Assembly (NCBI GenBank): GCA_040220555.1
Contig: JAVJUO010000195.1
DNA from: Coleofasciculus sp. C1-SOL-03
GTDB taxonomy: Bacteria > Cyanobacteriota > Cyanobacteriia > Cyanobacteriales > Coleofasciculaceae
Strand: one strand, 5' to 3'
DNA length: 32,000 bases
A program made the position numbers and the translations under genes. The first letter of the stretch is position 1; each line of letters opens with the position of its first letter. Under the pieces are notes generated by a model. It saw only the letters and a program-made list of their open reading frames with translations, had not been told where the DNA came from and did not search any database. Positions 25,770 to 32,000 of this stretch are shown here, one piece after another.

Positions 25770-26226
25770 TTTTTTGAGATTGGGTAAGGGTGAGTTTGCC
25801 CCAACTTTGCGGGTTAACCTTAGGGAATGTTTGGCTAAAACCGCCCCAACCGTTACGCCTGTTTTCTTAGCGGTTTATGTTGTGAATCCTTGACTTAATA
25901 TTTGGTTACAAAAAATTAATCAAATCGAGAGTTACTTTAACGGTTAACTGGCGGTTGAAAACACGCCACCCAGATAGATTCAGTCAGGTTGTACAAAGTA
26001 TTACCTTTAAATCATTACTCTCTAGATTGTAAATAAATATGAAAATGATTTACTCTGAGTAAAAAATTCGATTTAATAGGATATGTGCTGTACAGGCATC
26101 TACCACCAACCCCTCATCAATTTAAGCAGTTTTACCTAAATAATCAGGGAACTTTCGACCGAGTAGCACGACTAGCTAGGAATAACTGGAAACACCTAAA
26201 TATTAATTCAGGGAATAGCGAGTATT

Positions 26227-27063
26227 ATGACAAAACAAACCTACTCTCTACTCTTAGCAACCACCTCATTGGTTTGCTCCCTTTCGCTGGTGAGCTTCTC
26301 GCGCTATGCCACGCCAGTGCTGGCAGAATCTCAACCCGTTAATTTATTAGCCAGTAACGTTTTATCTGGTTCATTGAAGTTCGATTTCAGATCTCCACGA
26401 ACTGAAGGAGAACCCAAAGAAAGTGGGACAATCGGCACTCGTGGCGGATGTTCCACTGATGAATCCTTGTCTCCGTCTCTAACTCCGCTAACACCCAATA
26501 CGGTTCAAGGATTAACGGAAAACCAGGACACTGTGGATGAATATCCCACGTTAACCGTGAGTGATCATCCCAGCTTCTTTGTCTATGTACCCAAAACGAG
26601 TGCAACCACAGGAGAGTTTATTTTAACCAATCAACAGGGGACGCAAGAGATTCATTATGCACTTGTAACTCTTCCAGAAACGCCGGGTATTATCAGTGTT
26701 AAACTGCCCACCAATCTAGACCCTCTAGAGATTGGTCAAGTTTATCAATGGTCATTTAGTCTGAAATGTCATGATTCAGATGCAACGGGAAATCCGACTG
26801 TCTTAGGATGGATTGAACGCACTGAACCCAACCCAGCTTTGGAAAAAGACTTAGACAAGGTGAAGCCTTTAGAGTTAGCAGCCTTGTACGGAAATTATGG
26901 CGTTTGGCACGACCTTTTAGCTACATTGGTTGAACTCAGACTGTCTCATCCAGAGGATTCTAACCTAACAATGATGTGGGAAAATCTGCTCAAATCAGAA
27001 TCCGTGAAACTAGAAAAAATTTCTCAAGCGCCTCTGGTTGAAAGTACGCCAGTGGAGTATTGA
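26227..27063 (+). CDS. DUF928-like secreted protein
   Basis: 278 aa with a signal peptide (LVSFSRYATPVLAES). The motifs GTIGTRGGCS, IGQVYQWSFSLKC and ALYGNYGVWHDLLATLVELR match my recollection of DUF928 proteins, which commonly neighbour CHAT and CHASE2 genes in cyanobacteria. Confidence 0.65.
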   Translation: MTKQTYSLLLATTSLVCSLSLVSFSRYATPVLAESQPVNLLASNVLSGSLKFDFRSPRTEGEPKESGTIGTRGGCSTDESLSPSLTPLTPNTVQGLTENQDTVDEYPTLTVSDHPSFFVYVPKTSATTGEFILTNQQGTQEIHYALVTLPETPGIISVKLPTNLDPLEIGQVYQWSFSLKCHDSDATGNPTVLGWIERTEPNPALEKDLDKVKPLELAALYGNYGVWHDLLATLVELRLSHPEDSNLTMMWENLLKSESVKLEKISQAPLVESTPVEY

Positions 27064-27201
27064 GAATTTGGCGAGGCTGGCAATGGGTTGGGAGAGGTTG
27101 AGACGAAAACAGTGGAAATCAAACCGACTAAATTAAGCCAAATTGTAATGATCTGACACGGCTAAACTGGTGGAATAGATTCTACATGTTTTCTGGGCAC
27201 A

Positions 27202-27225
27202 CGTTGGGAAAGGGCGCACGTCAGT
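27202..27225. repeat. GGGCGCAC-GTCA-GTGCGCCC + CTAC hairpin repeat
   Basis: An 8-bp perfect stem with a 4-nt loop, followed by CTAC. It lies in the DUF928-cyclase spacer. Confidence 0.85.
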
Positions 27226-27274
27226 GCGCCCCTACAGTGCCGACTACGAACCTGGGTTAATTCAGTGCTATTCA

Positions 27275-27299
27275 ATGAATGACAAATGACCAATGACAA
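27275..27299. repeat. STRR heptamer array, ATGACMA x3.5, containing the cyclase start codon
   Basis: ATGA ATGACAA ATGACCA ATGACAA. ATGs fall at 27275, 27279, 27286 and 27293, and the gene uses 27293. Confidence 0.9.
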
Positions 27300-29212
27300 T
27301 CCTTCAGTTTTTCCAGGAATGGCGGGGTGTATTAATTTCAGCGCCAACTGTCGCCGGATTAACCATCGCCTTGCGCTTAACGGGTGGGTTACAACTCCTA
27401 GAATGGGCAGCATTAGATCAATTCTTCCGCTGGCGTCCCCCGGAACCTACCTCAGAACGGATTGCGATTGTGGCGATTACAGAAAAGGATATCCAAAATG
27501 CTGGACAGTGGCCCATTTCTGATCGGACATTAGCACAGTTAATTGAGAAACTGAAACAACAACAACCCAAAGCCATTGGTCTGGATTTATTTCGGGATTT
27601 ACCTGTACCACCCGGTCATCAGGAATTAGTTAATGTCTTTGCCTCGACACCCAATCTTATTGGCATTGAAAAAGTCGTCGGCGATGCCTTGGGTGAACCT
27701 GTCGCCCCACCGCCTATCTTAAAGGAACGGGGTCAAGTGGGCGCGGCTAATGTGGTTTTTGATCAAGATGGGAAAGTCCGCCGTGCCTTACTGTCAATTA
27801 CGCTGAAAAATGGCGACACGATTGAAACGTTAGCCGCTAAGTTGGCATTACTTTATCTAGAAACTGAAGGGATTACCTTAGAAGAAATTGAACCGGAATA
27901 TAAATATGGCTTAGGTGACGCGGTATTTACGCGCCTGCAACCGCAAGATGGCAGTTATATCAACGTCGATACAGGCGGGTATCAAATCCTATTTAACTTT
28001 CGCAATCATGAATGTCGGGGAAAACTGGAGGGAACCTGTCCCGTCTATCCCACGGTTTCCATGACCGAGGTTCTAGAGGATAAAATTCCCCCAGATTGGG
28101 CAAAAAATCGGATTGTTTTCATTGGTACAGCGGCTGAAAGTGTCAAGGATCGGATTTTTACTCCCTACAGTAATAGCTTTTTCACTGCCCCGAATGGGGT
28201 AGAAGTTAATGCAGATTTGACCAACCAGATTTTAAGTGCGGCATTAGATGGGCGTCCCCTGATTCAAATCTGGTCGGAACCGATAGAATGGGGCTGGATT
28301 ATTCTCTGGTCGTTTGTCGGTGCAACCGTGGGCTGGAAAGCTTTTCGTATCCGTTGGAAAGCAGCGGGACTGTTTTTGGTGGGAGGATTGCTGACGATTG
28401 GGTCTTACTTTGCATTTCTGGCGGGGTGGTGGATACCGTTGGTGCCACCCCTGTTAGCCCTGAGTGGTTCGGGTGTGGCGATTACTGCTTATATCGCCTA
28501 CACGGAAAGCGAAGACAAGCAAACAGTCATGCACCTATTGGGACAACACGTCTCTCCTAAAATAGCCCAAGCCATCTGGCGCGATCGCAACCAACTCCTC
28601 AAAGATGGACAGTTATCGGGACAGAAGTTAACCGCAACGGTTCTATTTACGGATTTAAAGGGCTTTACCACGATCACCGAAAACACTGACCCAGAAACCC
28701 TGATGGTCTGGTTAAATGATTACATGAATGTCATGGCAGAGACGGTTCTCAACCATAATGGCGTCCTGGATAAATTTATCGGTGATGCAGTGATGGCAGT
28801 CTTTGGCATACCCATCCCCAGTACCACAGACGCCGAAATTACCCAGGATGCGATCGCGGCGGTGAATTGTGCAATAGAGATGGGCAAGAATCTGCGATCG
28901 CTAAATCAGCAGTGGCAAACCCAAGGCTTACCCACAGTCGCTATGCGTGTAGGAATTGCCACGGGTACTGTCGTTACCGGAAGCGTCGGTTCTCGCCAAC
29001 GCCTCAACTACACCACCATCGGCGACAGTGTAAATGTTGCCGCCCGATTAGAAAGTTATGATAAATCTCTCGATGGTGGACTCTGCCGTATTTTAATCAG
29101 CGAAGAAACCTATCAGCATATCCACGATAAATTTACCAGCCAATTTATTGGCACGGTGCAGTTAAAAGGACGCCAGCAATCCATCAAAATCTACCAAATT
29201 TTAGCAGGATGA
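27293..29212 (+). CDS. CHASE2-sensor class III adenylate/guanylate cyclase (probably an adenylate cyclase)
   Basis: 639 aa. An N-terminal TM is followed by a periplasmic CHASE2-like region (IAIVAITEKDI...GQWPISDRTLAQLIEKL...GLDLFRDLP) and then three TM segments. Cyclase domain: TVLFTDLKGFT, LDKFIGDAVMAVFG, MRVGIATGTVVTGSVGS and YTTIGDSVNVAARLES. Confidence 0.9.
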   Translation: MTILQFFQEWRGVLISAPTVAGLTIALRLTGGLQLLEWAALDQFFRWRPPEPTSERIAIVAITEKDIQNAGQWPISDRTLAQLIEKLKQQQPKAIGLDLFRDLPVPPGHQELVNVFASTPNLIGIEKVVGDALGEPVAPPPILKERGQVGAANVVFDQDGKVRRALLSITLKNGDTIETLAAKLALLYLETEGITLEEIEPEYKYGLGDAVFTRLQPQDGSYINVDTGGYQILFNFRNHECRGKLEGTCPVYPTVSMTEVLEDKIPPDWAKNRIVFIGTAAESVKDRIFTPYSNSFFTAPNGVEVNADLTNQILSAALDGRPLIQIWSEPIEWGWIILWSFVGATVGWKAFRIRWKAAGLFLVGGLLTIGSYFAFLAGWWIPLVPPLLALSGSGVAITAYIAYTESEDKQTVMHLLGQHVSPKIAQAIWRDRNQLLKDGQLSGQKLTATVLFTDLKGFTTITENTDPETLMVWLNDYMNVMAETVLNHNGVLDKFIGDAVMAVFGIPIPSTTDAEITQDAIAAVNCAIEMGKNLRSLNQQWQTQGLPTVAMRVGIATGTVVTGSVGSRQRLNYTTIGDSVNVAARLESYDKSLDGGLCRILISEETYQHIHDKFTSQFIGTVQLKGRQQSIKIYQILAG

Positions 29213-29243
29213 GCGAGGAATAACTGTTAGGAACAACTTCCCA

Positions 29244-29561
29244 TTAACATTGTTTTAGCAGCGCAATCCACATATCAGGTGGGTTGGCATAATAATTAAT
29301 CTTATCCACTTGATAGCGGTTTGAAGTAGAACCTCTCTGCAAAACTAGATAATCACCCGGTTCTATGCCTTGACCCTGTTCTGTCATATACGCCCGAATT
29401 CCGCCATCTTTCGAGACGAACACATGATTGTAACGCTCATTGGATACTTTGTAGTGATGCGTTCTCTTCTGTTGCTGGGATAGATTGGATAACGTTTTTT
29501 GGTGTAAGGGCAAATTCGTGGAAGCAAGGGTCGCTAACTGGTTGGAAGACATATCTGACAC
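29244..29561 (-). CDS. Hypothetical protein
   Basis: 105-aa ORF with no recognisable motif. The C-terminal half (GIEPGDYLVLQRGSTSNRYQVDKINYY) looks like a small beta-barrel. Confidence 0.45.
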   Translation of the reverse strand: MSDMSSNQLATLASTNLPLHQKTLSNLSQQQKRTHHYKVSNERYNHVFVSKDGGIRAYMTEQGQGIEPGDYLVLQRGSTSNRYQVDKINYYANPPDMWIALLKQC

Positions 29562-29926
29562 TTCTTGACTGAATGTTAGAATTTGTTAGAAAAAGTTATT
29601 TCTGAAAATGTAGGACTCATTTTCAGACCAATTGTTGATTGACTAATTACGTTTTATCAAAGTTAGTGGCTACATATCTCAGCAAAATAGCGTAATTTTT
29701 ATCCGCATGATCACCGATATTGAGACGAATCAACTATTGTAAAGATATTTTTATGTAAATATACAAAATTACAACAATCTTTTCATCAAACAGGTTAAAA
29801 AGTCGTGTATTATAGATAAATTTGGGTTTATTTTCAGCAGGAAAGGCAGTTGCAGCACTGGGAGTTATTGCTGTCATGGAAATGAACACTAGCTATAGTT
29901 TTGTAAAATTTTGTTAAGGGTAGCTC

Positions 29927-30232
29927 ATGATTCCAGGGGAACTAATCATCCAAAAGGGAGAGATTGAACTAAATGCGGGACGTCCTACCTTGCGCCTATC
30001 GGTAGCGAATACAGGCGATCGCCCGATTCAGGTGGGTTCTCATTTCCATTTCTATGAAGTGAATGACGCTCTCGCCTTTGACCGAGAGCAAGCCAAGGGA
30101 ATGCGGTTAAACATCCCGGCGGGTACAGCCGTGCGCTTTGAACCGGGAGATGAACGGGAGGTTGAGTTAGTTCCGTTTGTCGGTAGTCGTCAGGTTTATG
30201 GGTTTAATGGCAGAGTCAATGGGGCGTTATAA
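29927..30232 (+). CDS. ureB: Urease subunit beta
   Basis: 101 aa: MIPGELI...IELNAGR...[44 protein letters not shown]...V.LV. This is a textbook UreB. No ureA or ureC is adjacent, which fits the dispersed ure genes common in cyanobacteria. Confidence 0.95.
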   Translation: MIPGELIIQKGEIELNAGRPTLRLSVANTGDRPIQVGSHFHFYEVNDALAFDREQAKGMRLNIPAGTAVRFEPGDEREVELVPFVGSRQVYGFNGRVNGAL

Positions 30233-30252
30233 CGGCAAGCTGGGGGAGCAAT

Positions 30253-30276
30253 GTAGAGACGTAGCATGCTACGTCT
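30253..30276. repeat. Palindromic repeat family, copy 4 (GTAGAGACGTAGCATGCTACGTCT, right arm truncated)
   Basis: Lies 20 nt downstream of the ureB stop. Its centre is identical to copy 1, and the terminal CTAC is replaced by GGAA. Confidence 0.85.
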
Positions 30277-30495
30277 GGAAGCAGGGGAAGCTGGGGAAGT
30301 CATTACATACGCTTACGCTACTCCAGATCCCCGACTTCCTGGTTGAAACCCTGATGTTACAAATGACTTGATTCAGAAGTTGGGGATTTATCGGATAAGT
30401 AGCCAGAATTGTGGTTTAGGTTGACAAGGATGCCGTCATTCAGCCAGATGCTGTGAAATGTAAGAAGCGTCTACCTGGTGGGGATGGATAGCCAG

Positions 30496-31845
30496 TCAGG
30501 AATTAACGGGACTTTGAGTCACCGAGGGGGCTTTTATCGGGGAGTGATCCGATACCCGTTGTAATCGTGCGCCAAGTTTCTGTAACTTCGCCTCTAGCTT
30601 CTCATACCCTCGATCTAAATGATGCAGTCCCTGAATTGTGGTTTTACCATCGGCGGCTAAGGCGGCTAATATCAGCGCCGCTGATGCCCGTAAGTCGGTG
30701 GCAACCACAGGGGCACCGGATAACAAAGGCACACCGCGCACGATCGCATTATTCCCTTTAATCCGAATATCTGCCCCCATGCGATTCAGTTCAGGAACAT
30801 GTCCTAAACGATTTTCAAACACGGTTTCAGTAATCACACTATCCCCATCACTCAAGGTTAAAAGTGCCATAAAGGGAGCCTGCATATCCGTAGGAAATCC
30901 GGGATAGGGCAAGGTTTCAATATCCGTCGCCCGAATAATTCCCGTCGGGATAATCCGCAGACAATCTGGGGCTTCCTGAATCACTCTCATGCCAATATCT
31001 TGGAGTTTCGCGATCGCGGCGGTAATATGATCAGGCACAACCGGGGACAGAGTGAGTTCTGAGTGAGTAATTGCCCCAGCGACTAAAAACGTACCCGTTT
31101 CGATGCGATCGGGAATAATCGAGTAGTCTACTGAATGTAAACTGGGAACACCCGAAATAATAATCGTGTTGGTTCCCGCCCCCCGAATCTTGGCACCCAT
31201 GGCGTTACAAAAATTTGCCAAATCCACCACTTCTGGCTCTTGGGCAGCATTTTCTAGGATCGTTTCCCCCTCTGCTAACGTCGCCGCCATCATCAAAGTT
31301 TCCGTTGCACCCACACTAGGGTAGTCCAGATAAATTTTTGCCCCCTTTAACCGCCGCCCATTCCCTCTCACATACGCATGAACCATACCATGCTCAATTT
31401 GCACCTCAGCCCCCAGCGCTTGCAATCCCCTAACATGAAGATCGACAGGTCTAGCGCCAATGGCACAGCCACCCGGTAAAGGCACTTGAGCCGCACCCAA
31501 TCGTGCCAACAGAGACCCAATCACAAAGAAACTGGCTCGAAGCTGGTTGACTATCTCGTAGGGGGCTTTTGACTGGTTTAAGTGACGCGCATTGATATCC
31601 AAGATATTGCCTTGGCGTTCTAGCTTGACACCCACAGCCGCCAGCACTTGACCCATCCGCCCTATATCTACCAGAGAAGGCACATTACGTAGTCGGCAAT
31701 CGTCCGGACACAGCAGCGCCCCTGCCATAATCGCCAACGCCGAGTTCTTCGCGCCACTAATGGTGACATGTCCTTTGAGGGACGATCTGCCCCAAATCTC
31801 TAGAACGGATGGGTTTGACTTGGGTACAGAGCCAGTATCGGTCAC
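30496..31845 (-). CDS. murA: UDP-N-acetylglucosamine 1-carboxyvinyltransferase
   Basis: 449 aa with a GTG start. Motifs: [32 protein letters not shown] (active-site Cys retained) and [16 protein letters not shown] short non-conserved-looking C-terminal tail follows. Confidence 0.95.
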   Translation of the reverse strand: MTDTGSVPKSNPSVLEIWGRSSLKGHVTISGAKNSALAIMAGALLCPDDCRLRNVPSLVDIGRMGQVLAAVGVKLERQGNILDINARHLNQSKAPYEIVNQLRASFFVIGSLLARLGAAQVPLPGGCAIGARPVDLHVRGLQALGAEVQIEHGMVHAYVRGNGRRLKGAKIYLDYPSVGATETLMMAATLAEGETILENAAQEPEVVDLANFCNAMGAKIRGAGTNTIIISGVPSLHSVDYSIIPDRIETGTFLVAGAITHSELTLSPVVPDHITAAIAKLQDIGMRVIQEAPDCLRIIPTGIIRATDIETLPYPGFPTDMQAPFMALLTLSDGDSVITETVFENRLGHVPELNRMGADIRIKGNNAIVRGVPLLSGAPVVATDLRASAALILAALAADGKTTIQGLHHLDRGYEKLEAKLQKLGARLQRVSDHSPIKAPSVTQSPVNS

Positions 31846-32000
31846 ATTAAGAGAGTGGTTGATAGGTCTATCCTCCAGAATTGGTGAAATCTTGGCATGT
31901 TTTAAAATTTGGTTTTGATTCTACCTGAAAGAGGGCAAATGTCTAGATTTGCTCCCCAAAAGAGTGAATCGACTAGCCTTGAATTTTGAATTTTACCTTG

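Noticed and set aside
26085-26342. 85-aa plus-strand ORF overlapping the start of the DUF928-like gene.
   Set aside because: It is in a different frame from the well-formed signal-peptide ORF starting at 26227 and begins in the AT-rich promoter spacer, so it is likely spurious.
29822-29917. A possible micro-ORF just upstream of ureB. ATG 29876 gives 13 codons (MEMNTSYSFVKFC). Extending to TTG 29822 gives a 31-aa hydrophobic peptide.
   Set aside because: The hydrophobic part requires a weak TTG start with no visible ribosome-binding site, and the ATG version is only 13 codons. The evidence is insufficient without conservation or Ribo-seq.
29562-29926. The AT-rich 365-bp spacer upstream of ureB, scanned for an NtcA-type GTA-N8-TAC site.
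   Set aside because: I found no match with correct spacing, only near-misses such as GTA-N8-TTA at about 29903. No regulatory call is made.

Overview
This window looks like chromosomal DNA from a cyanobacterium, probably a filamentous one. The HIP1 octamer GCGATCGC is scattered throughout (e.g. 347-354, 721-728, 990-997, 1505-1512, 2172-2179). Short tandem 7-9-nt (STRR-like) arrays fill many intergenic gaps. The recognisable backbone genes are cyanobacterial-type housekeeping genes: an NdbB-like NDH-2, an Aas-like acyl-ACP/CoA synthetase, tatC, ureB, murA and an MsbA-like ABC exporter. Four things stand out against this backbone. (1) An apparently intact IscB-type RuvC+HNH nuclease gene (18763-20064) is preceded by about 240 nt of strongly structured non-coding sequence with its own TATAAT box. 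This is a candidate IscB/omega-RNA (OMEGA) RNA-guided nuclease locus of the IS200/IS605 superfamily, and no TnpA transposase is present in the window. It is the top finding. (2) A 1823-aa secreted protein combines a two-partner-secretion (haemagglutinin-type) N-terminus, six exact-159-bp-period FG-GAP-like repeats, a beta-helix region and a C-terminal CHAT (caspase-like) domain. It is divergently linked to a DUF928-like protein and a CHASE2-sensor class III cyclase. (3) A 1037-aa protein anchored in the membrane at both ends is built from a 98-aa-period helical repeat and sits next to a BON-domain protein. (4) Several dispersed repeat families are present: a 28-30-nt GTAGAGACG...CGTCTCTAC palindrome placed just 3' of stop codons, GGGGCG...CGCCCCTAC hairpins, and a 75-bp inverted-repeat pair bracketing the ABC exporter. 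I saw no rRNA, tRNA or CRISPR array. All functional calls rest on reading motifs in the translations by eye; no database search was possible.
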